From Antedon mediterranea (taxonomy: Eukaryota > Animalia > Echinodermata): a stretch of DNA of 64,000 nt. The stretch is taken from NCBI RefSeq assembly GCF_964355755.1, contig NC_092670.1:35080388-35144387 (forward strand), written 5' to 3'. The translations under genes and the position numbers were made by a program. The notes under the pieces were generated by a model. The model searched no databases and was not told the origin of the DNA. It saw only the letters and a list, made by a program, of their open reading frames with translations. Shown piece after piece: positions 39,846-53,580 of this stretch (positions within the stretch are counted from its first letter, which is position 1; each line of letters begins with the position of its first letter).

Positions 39846-41035
39846 CCTATTAAGAGGACACTTTGTGAGATCCCAAAGGTGCCTCCTTAATAGGTGTTGT
39901 GTACAGACTGTATTATAGGCCCTACGTGTTAAACTGCTGTGCAAACTCATTTCAAATGTGCTTAAAACAGAAATAGAACAATGTTATTTATGGGCTTTTA
40001 TTAAAGACAGACTTATAGGTATATACCTTATGGGTAGTCTTGCTTGATTATTTTTAAAATAAGGGTAAGTGTTTGACTGCAGGCACTATTTGGTTGCAAA
40101 TTACAAATTTGGTTCATGGAAATTAGCCCACCCATGGATTGAAAAAACACTCATGTCTTTACCGTAAATGTTAATCATCTTTACTTACAATGCATCTTAT
40201 GATCTTTATTACATTAATAATCATTTTTAAATTACATTTTCTTAGATCAGATATCATGTTAGCGTAAGGTCAGGCGTGGCCATGGCTGTAGACCGTCGGA
40301 CACTGCAGGTAGGAAAGATCTAAACAATGGCTTTTGTCTCAGGGGGTAGCCAATCAAGTGCAACTGCACAGGTGGTTCTTGCTTGGAATAGGCCCGGTAT
40401 TAGGTGACGACTTTTTGGGCGCCTCAAAATAAACTTTCCTTCTAGATTATAATTTTATGTTGTCAATCAAGTTGAAGTCCCTGGAAGCTAAACCTACATA
40501 ACCATTTTACAATCAAGTTATTATACCGTAGATTTCATATCAGGTTTTCCTGTCCCAAGATAATAAAAAGTTAACTGTGTACAAAGTTTAAGTTGAGATG
40601 ATTTTAATAATTTCTTTTAAAGTTGTATTGGCCTCCAAAACATGAAAAAATAAAGATGAATAAAATCAAATTTTTAATAGACCATTTTGAGGTTTCACTT
40701 TCACTGAAAAAAAAACAAAATAATGCAACAAAATAATGATTTTTCCCTAAATATAAAAAAACAAAACAAAATTAACGGTTATAATTAATCGGAATCATTT
40801 TGTCTTCCGGTTGACTGATTATGGGTATTGGGTAAATAATTGTTGTTTTTTTTTGTTTTTTTCAATTTTTGATCATTCGTCTTATGTAACATTCAAATTG
40901 CCTATTCAACAATTTATTTTGGAATTATTTTTTAGGAGAAACAATATATCTGTAACTATTTTTCTGTCTTAAATTTAACTCATTTCATGTTCAAAGTAAT
41001 GTTTCTGTAGTGTTTCTCTCAAAAATAATAATAAA

Positions 41036-41525
41036 ATTATTATTTATTTATTTATTCATTTGACTGGATTGTATTTTCAGTAACGTAGTACTGCTTTTTA
41101 AAATGGTTCAGTTACAAAGTTCAAAAGTAAAGAAAAATTATAAAAAAATAAAAGCATACATCGGCTTAATTTGAAAGATATACAAAACAGTTAAAACGAC
41201 ATATGCCCTATATACAAAGTAAAATATAACAAAATTTGAAAAGTAAATATATGCAGGATCACTTTTGAGTTGATAAATTTTTTAATTTATAGATATTTTT
41301 CCCAGTTACTTTTGTTCTACTTTCAGAATCACTTAATAACAAGCAGCAAAGTGTTTATAAAGGTCTTTTTTTTTTTCATTAAAGGACAGGAGGTGTATGG
41401 TACAGGATAAAACAGTTTCCTACTGGCTGTTTTGTGTGTTATTGCGATTTCTAACGTCAGTTAAGACGTCATACGTCGCTTATAAACAGTGTAGTACATT
41501 TTACATAAACAACATACATTGACCC
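41036..41525 (-). mobile_element. Decayed LINE 3' end
   Basis: Tail (TTTA)n..TTGACTGGATTGTATTTTCAGTAACGTAGTACTGCTTT closely matches the reverse complement of 60441-60510. Broken ORF remnant upstream. Confidence 0.55.
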
Positions 41526-44500
41526 ATTAACTTGACTGGCAATGTTTTCATTGTATGAGAAGTTTAATGGCATTTTGTTGATGCTGTGGTTATAGGTTCA
41601 ATTCTCATGTGGTCCATTTCATTCATGTTAAAATACTGACCTTAACTGTTCCCTCCCTTCAACACCCCCTCCCCTATCCACTTTATTTGTTTAGGTAGTT
41701 TACTAGTCTGGTCTGTCTACACTTTGACAAAAAAAGTGTGATGTGCCCAAATAAAGTAATATGACAGCATCGTGTCAATATATAGGCACATCACATTTTG
41801 TTGTCACATAAAGTTTGATAGTGTAGACAGCTTTTGCTTTCAGCTTTTGTGATTTACACACAGAATTCCCAAATGAGGTAGTAATCATCATTGTGTCCAT
41901 ATATAGATAGGCACATCACATTTTTTTCACATAAAGTTTGATAGTGTTTAGCTAGAGCTTAGCTTTCAGATTTTGTGATTTACACAGAAGTCTCATTTTC
42001 CCAATCTAGCAAACTCAACCCCCCCCCCTCCCACCAACTTTCCACCTTCTCTTTTGACATCTCCCTATACCAAAATACCACTAGTGCTCTTATTACATCT
42101 AAATCCCCCCACACACGCACACCTTTCTATGGAGACTACCAACTAGTGTTTGACTCTACCACCTGTAGACCAAACACCTATCACATACCTCTGCCCTACC
42201 CTCGATCTTAGGGAATCCCATTTTGTGTGACATCATATTTTATTATTTTTAGACTCGGCTAGATCATGTCTATTGCCTTTTTATATGGCCATTATTATTT
42301 GTTATTAACAAAATAAAGGAAGTATTAAACGACTTCCTGTATATGGCTACAATTGGCTTTGAAAAATCTACCCCTTGACGAGGATTTCTGAAATGTGTTT
42401 GGTTTGCTTCAACAAACATGACATTAAAACTAAAAATAACGAAGACATAGAGTAGTAGATAAATATAAGTTGTACTCTCACCCCTTGCCTTTATATTTAT
42501 CTTTTCTCTACTAAATTGTTCATGATCAAACAAGGTGACAGGGATGTCATATAAGACTAATAGTACATGGCACATAGGTCCCCAAGGGTGTAGGGTGTTC
42601 CTATTACATCTATGATTATAGAATTTTAATGATTCTTACCTAAATTAATAAAAATACATTATTATTTTTATTTATTTAATTTAATAATTTTTTTTTTTTT
42701 CAATTTTTTTTATGTTTAAAATCTGTTTTACTGTAATAATGTAATAAAACCAACCAGCTATAAACCAAATATTTTAGCATTTTAAGATGAAAACATGAAA
42801 AGTGGTCTCTCAAAACACTATATAAACAATTTATTGTGTGTGGGCCTTTAAACAAAATTTTGTGATTACCGGTTTTATTGGAAATATGACCATTTTAGGT
42901 TTCTGGTGAAAATAGATGATAATCATGAGATTAGGATAGGATTTGTGGGCTTTAAAAGATATGTCTGTGAGACAGGATGATATTAATTATTATAAACATC
43001 TAAGATGATATAAGATATTATTTAAAGTGGTTATAACACTAAATTAGTCCTTGTAGGCCCAGATGTAGTTACACAATTCAGGTAGGCCTTAGGAGCACAT
43101 TGAAGGCACATAAAACAAAACCAATGACTAACATTATAACTTAAGGTGTTACAAAGAAAAAAAATGTGATGATAATTTTTACTCAATGTTCTCAAACCAC
43201 AATTTAAAGATGGTTTATTTATTTTTAATAAGGAAAATGTGTGTGGGAGCTTCCAATTATTTTGGAAATCCTAATAGTGGTGTAAAGTTTAGTTTTTTGG
43301 TTGTTTTTGCTGGTTTCACCATTGAACCTGTTTAACAGTTCAAACATTTTATTTTATTTAATTATTGTATGTTAAGTTTTATCCTAAAATCTAAAAGAAA
43401 ACTAATATGCAATACAATAAATAATTGCATTTTTAAAATGAAATTTACATAATTAATTGATAGTATGTTTTATGAATTATCACTAAACTATTTTATATCA
43501 GGAAAAATCTTATGTTGTTTTATTTTTGTGTGAATGTTTATGTTTTGTTTGTTATTATATTTTATCAACCTAATTAATTTATTTTGTTTATTTAAATATA
43601 TGTTGAAATTATTTGATAATTTTCCAATTTTTCACATTCAACATTCTTTAACAAATAAAAAAGCTTTTTTTTTTTCGTCTGATTTATAAACTTGAAAATT
43701 TCAACATCTGATGATAACACAATTTAAATAATTGTTTTTTTCAACCCTATCAAATAAACTTTAGGTCGAGGTCAGTAAAAAAATGTTCTTTTTTTTAATT
43801 CTTGACAAAAAATGTTGTATAAAAATCATGTTAGTACAAAGAGAGTTCTTTTATTCCTTCGAAAATGAAATACGGCGAAACTATTTTCTAATTTATTAGT
43901 TAAATTCTTAGTTAATTTTTTCATCATTAAGTTTTTATCCTTGATTGAATTTTCAAAAATGATAACTTACATTATTGTTGTAGTACATTTGTTTTATGTG
44001 AGTGAAAATATAAAATTAGTTTCAAAATTAAATAAAATTGTGCGTACCTTTTTTAAAAGTGGAGTAACCATTGTACGAGGAATTTACAGTTAAACGGTCT
44101 TTCATAAGAGGGCGTATGTCTGAATTAACCCAGATGTGTATCTCATTATGGGTTTCTGTTGAGGCCGACAACAGTACAACTGAATCAGGTTCCCATTATA
44201 GTTAATCCTACAATCTCTTGCACTAGACGCTGTGTTGGTTTAGGCATCTTATTTGACGACATCGCTTCTAAAATGCGTTTCCACCACATAGCGATTCTTC
44301 AACCACCGGCACTTACCAATCATCGTCTTCATTTACATTTTTTTACTCATAATAATTTTCCTACTGGATGTTTATAAATTGTCGGGGTGTTGTTGCCCGG
44401 AGCAAAGAAACTTCATACGCGCATCGGATTTTAACGAAGTACTACTTGTTGACGGTGTTTGCTTGGCGTGGTTTTTGTCGTGGATTGTTTAATGTTATAA

Positions 44501-46088
44501 ACTCAGCATCATTAGAGTAAGACCGGTAGGACATGATAGTTATCTTTTTGTCATTTAACAAGTAAATTAGCTCTAATCTAATGTAACATCATAGTAGCTA
44601 AGAAAATTGATATCGGGCACAGTCCGCACCTGTAGTGAAATGAGATGAAGGTAGCCAGAATGTTGTCGATGCAGGCCTTCATGTTTCACTTCAAGGTTTG
44701 TCTTTCCAGACTGCGTTCGTCGATTCAACATTGGTATAAAAAAGTTAATGTACTTTCCCCTACCACAAGTGGCGACCTATGTCAGCTATCTCCCTTCCAA
44801 TCACACACCTCGCATGTACTTTACTAGCCTCAGGCTAACAATTATTTCCACATTTATTAATGATGTGTTAATGCAATCGCTCTGTTGGGTTTCTCAATCA
44901 TTTGGCCCAATTTGAGGTTGAACTATGTTGTATTATGTGTCTACTACTAGAGTAGGGAATTATGATAGTTTATTACAGGGCTCAAAAATCACCCCAGCAA
45001 TTTATCAATCGGTAGATTTTTTTGTAATTGCTAGTTGACTGACTGATTTGATTTTTAAAACCTTAACTAATCTTGTAATTTTTTTTTTCAATTGTTAATC
45101 TTTGATATGTCAATCTGTTTAAATTCACCTTTTTGTAGAATTCATTATTAAAAAACTGCTCTTTTGGCTAGTTAAATTTAGAACTGGTAAAATTAAATTT
45201 CTATTACTTAGAATATTCCTTGGTTTCTTTATAGCACCTCTAGTAAATGACGGTGTCACTTTTCAGCATCAAAGAATTTATGATAAAAAATTGTGTATTT
45301 TTTGTATTTTATTTTATCTTCAATGTTTTGTTCTGCCCTGCACAATGCTTGATCCTTCAAGTTGTGACCTGCAATGTATGTAACATTCTTATTTTTTTTT
45401 TTTTAAATAAAGAATGATTTGAGTGAACAGTTTAATTTTAGTTCCTCCAGTCAATGACCACTTTCACTCCTTAGCTACCAAATGCAAATCAAGATACAGT
45501 ACATTTTAGTGGAGTATTTATCATCATTACTAATACTAACCTACAAGTATAGGTCTAATTTAAATTTAGCCAATGGCCACTTTCTTGACCACTTGTGCAT
45601 GGGAATATACCTTTGTTGTATTTTCTGGGCCTCGATCTTCTAAATGGATTTTTCCTTCCTGGACAAAAATGTATTTTGAATAGTAAGATTTTGTTTTGTA
45701 TTTTGCTTTTTCAGTCTTAACATATCATCTCATACCAAACCTTTCCCACTGGCTACATTTTCACAAGGTTCACAGAAGAGGGCAAAATTAAGTTATGGAA
45801 CTGTACTTTGCGATGTTTGGCATTGGCAGTCATTCATTTCTAGATTATGTGAGAATTATTTAGGCCAAGCAAATTATAGATAATTCATAGTGCAAATGTT
45901 GGGTTTTGGTTCATAAAAGAGGTGTCTGTGTATAATTGAATTGTTAAACCTTCTACTGTTGTAGGTTTTGTAAACATTTTAGTGGTTATGTTAAAGTATT
46001 TAAGTCAATTTAATTATAAGACTACAGTACTGATAACATTAACAACGATTGCATGGTGAAAATCAATATGTTCATATAAAGTTTGCAA

Positions 46089-47234
46089 TTCAAAAACAAT
46101 TAAATTAATTATATAATAAAGAATGTTAAATGCACATCAACAACATAGTTCAATCACTTTAAAAAGGACTACAAGGTCAGTGAACCCATCTGAAATTACA
46201 TAAAGAACTTGTATGCTTTTACTCCTCCCTAGATCAATTTTTTTTTCAAATATTGTTGATAACAATTTTAGAATAATTTCGTTTCCCCCCAATTTAAGTG
46301 TATGTGTATGGCATGTGAACAAACATCTTTGAGACTAAAACACCCAACACATCAAAACTGTTGCTTGTCATTACTTTACATCCTAGTGGGAACTAGTATT
46401 TAGTTCTGAAAAAAAACTGTTCAGATTTTCAATCAATATGCTTCAATTGCCCTCAGGAGTGAGAAACTGCCTTGTTGTTAATTTAATTTTGGAGATGAGA
46501 TGTGCTATGGAGATTTTCATGTTACGGTATTTAGAGGTTGGGAGAAGGTGGAAAAAAGTATAAGCTGAGATTAGGGAGTTAGGGAGTACTATTCTTTTTC
46601 AAATTTTTCTAGAACCTATTTCACAAAGTGAAATTACCTTCTGTCTGAATTAGTCTTGACCATTAACAAATTGTTGACTTATGTTTACCACAATTTCTGT
46701 GTGAAAAGACATCATGTACTGTACCATAACCGATCTTTTTTTGTTTCTGAAAATATGCATTTATAATATTCTATTATTGTTGTTATTGATATCTGTGTAA
46801 AACTATGTATGTTTACACTATCAAATTTATGTGACAAAAAAATGATGATGTCATATCACTACCTTTAGGCACATCACACTTTTTTTTGTCAAAGTAGTTT
46901 GATAGTGTAGGCAGAGGTTAAAGCTTAGTTCCCACTAGAATGTAAAGTAATGACAAACAACAGTTTTGATGTGTTTGGTTTTTTAGTCTCCAAGATGTTT
47001 GTTCACATGCCATACACATACACTTAAATCGGGGGGGGGGGGGGGGGTGGGAAACAAAATTATTCTAAAATATTTGGGGGAAAAAAAATTGATCTGGGGA
47101 GGAGTAAAAGCATACAAGTTCTTTATGTAATTTTCAGATGGGTTTACTGACCTTGTAGTCCTTTTTAAAGTGATTTAACTATGTTGTAGATGTGCATTTA
47201 ACATTCTTCATTATATAATTAAATTGTTTTTGAA
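46089..47234. repeat. Diverged inverted duplication, about 310-bp arms (46089-46395 and 46926-47234)
   Basis: Colinear reverse-complement match with scattered substitutions and indels. Spacer about 530 bp. Confidence 0.88.
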
Positions 47235-49003
47235 TCTCAACTGTACATGGGAACTGATTAAAGTCAAATTAACATCACTTGTGTTAAAGAACAAGAATTC
47301 ATAAGGGAATGCATTTTAACAAAACCTAATTGAATCTTTTTTTAAATCAGGATATTGGCCCTAAACAAATGTGTTACAACATTAATAAAAAAAATCCAAA
47401 AGCTATAAAATAATAATTTTTGTTGCCTGCTACATCTAATAACCCGCCTTGAGACAAGCAAACATAGAACTGTTTTGATCCGTAGCATTCTAAATTTAGA
47501 TCTGAGGGCAAGGGCATGTCTTGTCTCCTATCATTTACAAAAAAAGGTTATACATATTAAATCATGATTTTTTTGGCTACTATAAAGACATGTCAGTTTC
47601 AATATTTATGATTTATTATTGATGTTAACAAAATTGTAGAGATTTCAGAACGTTGTTCACACCATACCGAAACAACAATTCAGGGCCTTTTTCTGCTGCA
47701 TAGCGCCAAATAAACTGTTTATTTAAAAAATAATTTTTAGCCCAATTTCTGTTACCAAACAAAATGTTTAGTTATGCGATCCGACAGTCAAATGTCAATC
47801 AAATAACCAGTATTTGCGTTACAGCTAAAAGTTGCACAAAATTGCTGATTAAATAGCGTTCTAACACCAAATCTACTGTGTGTTTTTAACCATTACTTTC
47901 AGGCTGTCATTTAACCGATTGTTGAAAATTTGTTTCTGCTGCCAAGATTATTAACTGGTTATTTTTTCGTTAGTTGAATTGTAATTCACGCCCTCTTATC
48001 AATCCATGGCAGTGACTCTGTAATCCAGTGCTCTTGCGAATTGAGTCCTATCAAAGTTCACATAATTTAGTACACTGGACCTACGAATTACAGTCCTACC
48101 AAGAACCAGAAACATGCCGCGGTCAGCTGTGACCCCGTGCTAATGTTATGGCTATGAATTACACTAGTTAACCGCTTGAAATCATCAAAGTTTAAAATAT
48201 GACATGGTTTTTTTTTTCATTTAAAGTGGTCAGTTACATTGTTGTTTTATGCGAAAATTAAAAACAATCTTAAAATAGAAGATATTAAGCTTTATTCCTA
48301 TTAGGATACATTAAAACGAGTCTGAGAATTCTGCTAAAACATACTTAAAAGTATGGTTTTCATTAGGAATGGTTACTTTCCGGATCAAATCAAATCCTTA
48401 TAATTGTACCGGAGGACATGTCATCGGCTATGTTGAAAACCGCGCTATTGTCTGCCTCCCTCCTCCAGTAATCCTACCCAATGCAGACATGTTTTCTAAC
48501 AGTCCTTCTCGTCTGGAATAATAAGACCTATGTTCCTTTTTCCAGACTATTTCTTCCAAGGAATCGTACAATAACAGGAGTTGAATGACCCATGAATGTA
48601 GTGCTATATACTCTGGTAAAACCATTTTCATGTGTATAATATTGACAATATAAATGAGATACTAATTGGGTTGGGATTTCTCATTACATTGTATTATTAT
48701 ATAGTTAGTTTACAGACATAGCTGTCTGTCCTTCAGAATACCAACAAGAGACAGATTACATTTTTTGATAACATTTACAAATTCTTCATTATATTTGTCT
48801 GAAATTATGATTACAAGGATGGAGATGTACTGTAGGATACTAAACATTACCTTATTTATGTAAGATATTAACACCAACAAATAATCATTCAATATCATCA
48901 TTAAAGATGTCATCATCAAAATGATCTCTATCAATCAATCAATCATTTTCAATATCAGTTACTGTATTATCATCAACAACTTCATCAACACTAGATTTGT
49001 TAG

Positions 49004-49279
49004 TTGAATTTGTTTGTGGAAAACAATATTCCATCATTTTATGAATATTTGAGGATTTCGACTTACCGATTTCTTACAAGAATAATGAAAAGCGAAAACA
49101 GAATGTTAATTTGTATATATAAATATTTGTTGATGGATTCAAACATGTACTACAAATGGAGAGAGGCATTATATACCAATAGATAACAGTTTTGGTTCTC
49201 TTTCCTTCATCTTTTTTTTTTGTAATGTATTATACCATATGGACAATTGTCTGAAATAAAAGTTGAATTGAATTGAATT
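49004..49279 (+). mobile_element. 5'-truncated LINE 3' end (RTE-X-like)
   Basis: LFVENNIPSFYEYLR..YRF..R...SEN...W...LY C-terminal pattern, followed by AATAAA and a (GAATT)n tail. Confidence 0.6.
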
Positions 49280-49553
49280 AGTATCAATCAATACTATTTT
49301 ATTACCATTATCAATATCAATATAGTTATAAAACAAAACGTTTCCAGACTAGTCCAGTTCCTTTTATGGTTGAACTTTTGAACAAACTTTTATTTATTTA
49401 TTTTTTTGCTTATATTATTTGAAGTAACTGCAGTCTAACTGATTCGTATTCATATATATTGTTGATTGTGTTGTCTATTGTTTAAATATTTGTTATTGTG
49501 TAATACATATGCAATTCAGCCATGTGCTGCCATGTATGTACTTTTAAATGTGA

Positions 49554-49789
49554 GGAGTGAGGTGAGTCCCGTGTTCTCTGAACGTAGGGGAATGAGCTGT
49601 TAGCTCATTGTACTAAGCCTCGGCATTATGTGGTAGGGTGGCCAGTTCCTTTCCACGCCGCCTTTTTCTCCCTAGTATTTTCAACCAGGTACTCATTTGC
49701 AGCTGAGTGGACTGGGAGTTGTCAGGAATTGAACCCGGGTCTATCTGTATGACAGCCAAGTGTCCTAACCACTCGGCTATCCAACTCCA
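49554..49789 (-). mobile_element. Young tRNA-derived SINE with 15-bp TSD
   Basis: A box TAGCCGAGTGG, B box GGTTCAATTCC, body CCACTCAGCTGCAAATGAGTACCTG. Perfect TSD TACTTTTAAATGTGA at 49539-49553 and 49790-49804. Confidence 0.88.
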
Positions 49790-49950
49790 TACTTTTAAAT
49801 GTGAATTTTTGAATAAATATACCGAGATATAGCATTATCATCATCACTGACATAAACACAGTATCCAGTATTTATTTATCAACATCATCATTTCTAACAT
49901 TAATCATCAACATTATCCTAAAATAATCAGTATCAATCAATAGTTTCATC

Positions 49951-50760
49951 AATATTGATATCATCAATATTGATGATACCTATTGATATCAATATTGATG
50001 ATACCAATATTGATATCATCTATATTGGTATCATCTATATTGGTATCATCAATATTGATATCATCTATATTGGTATCATCAATATTGGTATCATCAATAT
50101 TGGTACCATCAATATTGGTATCATCAATATTGATATCATCTATATTGGTATCATCAATATTGATATCATCTATATTGGTATCATCTATATTGGTATCATC
50201 AATATTGATATCATCTATATTGGTATCATCAATATTGATATCATCAATATTGATATCATCTATATTGGTATCATCTATATTGGTATCATCTATATTGATA
50301 TCATCTATATTGGTATCATCAATATTGATATCATCTATATTGGTATCATCAATATTGATATCATCTATATTGGTATCATCAATATTGATATCATCTATAT
50401 TGGTATCATCTATATTGGTATCATCTATATTGGTATCATCTATATTGGTATCATCTATATTGGTATCATCTGTATTGATTATCATCTATATTGGTGTCAT
50501 CAATATTGATATCATCTATATTGGTATCATCTATATTGGTATCATCAATATTGATATCATCAATATTGATGATACCAATATTGATATCATCAATATTGAT
50601 ATCATCTATATTGGTATCATCAATATTGGTATCATCAATATTGATATCATCTATATTGGTATCATCTATATTGGTATCATCAATATTGATATCATCTATA
50701 TTGGTATCATCAATATTGATATCATCAATATTGATATCATCTATATTGGTATCATCAATA
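49951..50760. repeat. 15-bp minisatellite ([A/T]ATATTG[A/G]TATCATC), about 54 copies
   Basis: Period 15, partly self-complementary unit, a few inverted units. Confidence 0.95.
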
Positions 50761-52376
50761 TGTACAGTATATTATCAATATACAGGTAGATATCATCAAT
50801 ATTAACAACATCATCATCTATCATCATTTTTGGTTCGATTTCCTTTTAGGTTTCTCAGTTCTTTTTTTTCTGTTAAGATTTCTTTCATTTATTCATTGCA
50901 TGTATTTTATTTAGTTAATTATTTATAAAGTCTATTTTGTTTTTAATTGTTGTCAACTCTTATATTTTTATGTTATTGTCAAATTTGATTGTTCTGAGGG
51001 TCCCTAAAGATCAGCTTATTGTCTGGATGGACCACCCTAATAAAATATTATTGAAATAAATAAACAGAAACATTTTTGTAAAATAATTTAAATTGTGATG
51101 TAGTTTGTGTACAACTAGTGTATACTCTACCATATATTTTTTTAATCCATAGCTAATATTAGATTTGTGAAAGGACAGATCGGAAATCAGATACCTATAT
51201 TATTTTTAAATTGCGTATAGCTCTCACTGCACGCAAGATAGTTATCAATTGAAATGTGAAAGTCAATCTTGGCCAAAAATACTAGACTAAAAGTAACATC
51301 TACAGTTATAATTTATTATATTTTTGGCACTGATAGCCTTCCATGGTTTCCACATGGATGAGCTTTGATCAGGGATTTGATTGATTGAATAAATTGTTGA
51401 TGGAAAAATAGAGATGGCTAGACAAGATCGCCAGAGAATGATGATGAGAAAAACCAAAGAATAGGCTTATGGTACCAACAGAGAAGTGATACCTAAATCA
51501 AGTTGATGGAAAATATGTTGAAATTAAATTAAAATAGATGTGTTTGTGTAATACAGAACTGTATAACATAATTACAGTACAAACCCATATAACTATAAAC
51601 TTTAGTAACAATTGAAAATGTTTGTTTGACAAAAATGAGCGATATGACATCGTGTCCATCATCGTGTCCATGTATGGGCACAACACATTTTGTTGTCACA
51701 TAATGTGTTTTTCAAGTTTTTTTATGTTGTCAATTTGATGTACCGGTAGGCCTATTATTATTTCTGCAATTCAGCTCTTTAAACAGCAATGCAATAGTCA
51801 TAATATATGCTTTGATTGATTTATATGTTGAATAAAATATACCAAAATATATACCCCTTTCTATTAATTGACAATTCCTCAGAAGCGTGTATATAGTAGA
51901 ACAATAAAAACAGACAAAGTTCTTGTTCTTGCCTCAAAATAAAATATTTATTGTACTAGTAGGCTACTTACAACCATAGGTCATCATCAGGTACTGATAG
52001 AACACCTATAACCCTCAGGAAATAATAAAGTGGTCCTTTAATGAGGGTGTCCCTTCAATAAGTGTGTCCTCAGACTAGGGGTTATAGCTATTATGTTAAA
52101 AATATTTTAAAATAAAATGTCTACACAATTTTCGATTGACAATTCTATATTAAATTCTATGTTATATAGAAAGAACTTTACTTTCCTAAAAACCTCCCAA
52201 CTCAACAGTAGCCACATGCGGAGAATACTCTTGAGGTCTGCAAGTCCAGTCGATATTCCTACTAATATTTTTCACATTATGTAAAAGGGTTTATTTGATA
52301 CACATCCAACAGTGTTTCATACACAAAGCACCTCACCAATTATAGGATAGATAAATTATATAACAATACTTGGTCA

Positions 52377-52679
52377 CAGTGGCTTAACTACAATGTGCTC
52401 TCACTGGATAAACCCAGGGACCCTGAAGATAATAGGGGCCCTGGAGCAGGCATTAGAATGTTGAAAAGGCTAAAGAACGCCTTAGGCCTCCAGGTTTGGA
52501 GGGCCACTTCGGGGCCTCAGACCTCTGCATTACATCAGTCATTTAAGGGCCTCAGACCTCTGCATTATGCCAGCAACGTAGGGGCCTCATACCTGTGCAT
52601 TACGCCAGCAACTTAGGGGCCTCATACCTCTGCATTACGCTAGCAACTTAGGGGCCTCAGACCTCTGCATTACGCCACT
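52377..52679. mobile_element. hAT-like MITE with five 35-bp internal repeats
   Basis: Ends CAGTGGCTTAA / TTACGCCACT, with CTTGGTCA on both flanks. GGGCCTCA(G/T)ACCT repeats at about 52511, 52546, 52581, 52616 and 52651. Confidence 0.7.
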
Positions 52680-53435
52680 TGGTCACCATATCATTGCATT
52701 GCGTGCGTAAATGTTTTCTCTGTCGTCATTGATTCATTCATTATTTTCAATGATAATATAGAATTAGGATGTAACATCGGCCCAAGGCAGTGGTTAAGCA
52801 TTCATTTTAAATGCTACATTCCATGACAGGTGCCGTAGGCTTCAGAATCTTCTCGTATACCTTGTCTTAACAATAGGTGTTCTCACATCAAGTCTGAAGT
52901 CTTGCTGTTTGTAAAAACAAAATAAAACCACTCTCTATAATGGGAAAGGAAGTAACTGAAATTGGGGAAAATCATTAACAGCCATCGTAGGATGTAATAA
53001 AACGTATTACGTTAAATATAACATAATACAACAGGCACAATTTATGTTAAATATATATTTATTTTATGTTGTTTTTGTTTAATTTAGCACTAATAATTAC
53101 ATTATTTCTTATGGCCTGTTGTTACTTCAAATAATTCTTTTTAAAAATAAAAATGATAATGAGTGCATTTCTGCTAAATTTATACTCCTAAAATTTGTTT
53201 ACATTATTGGGTGGTTGTTGACGAAAAAAAAATTAACGGAAGCCTTTTTTATTTAATCCTGGAGTGTTAAACAATTAGTGCTCTTTGACTTTAAATGATA
53301 CAGGAGGTGGGGATTTTTTAAATTTAATTTTATACCTTGCCTATACTTCAATTACAAACCATTGGTATAACATGATACGTATGTGACGTATATTAGGTAA
53401 ACCCACTCAATGTCACGAGGTAATAATGTTGATAA

Positions 53436-53580
53436 AGCTCCCTCTACACTGTCGAACTAGTTTGACAAAGAAATGTAATGTGCCCAAATATGGTAGTGAT
53501 ATGCCCAAATATTGTAGTGATATGACATGGGCACAACACATTTTTTTTCCACAAAATGTTTGATAGTGTAGACATGAGCT
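53436..53580. mobile_element. Tourist-like MITE, diverged complete copy
   Basis: Degenerate AGCTC..TCTACACT TIRs and the family's internal repeats. Confidence 0.75.

Noticed and set aside
44050-44500. GC-richer segment with a THAP-like YVVETHF peptide
   Set aside because: Lacks the conserved cysteines and element ends. Too weak to call.
48400-48650. piggyBac-like peptide DYWRREADNSAVFNIADDMS on the minus strand
   Set aside because: Short resemblance only. Upstream spacing does not fit, and no TIRs were found.
49715-49788. Functional tRNA-Asp gene
   Set aside because: Anticodon and T stems pair poorly, and the sequence is the head of a TSD-flanked SINE.
49955-50805. Long pentapeptide ORFs as a real protein
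   Set aside because: Several frames are open at once because the unit is 15 bp. There is no codon-position bias or gene context.
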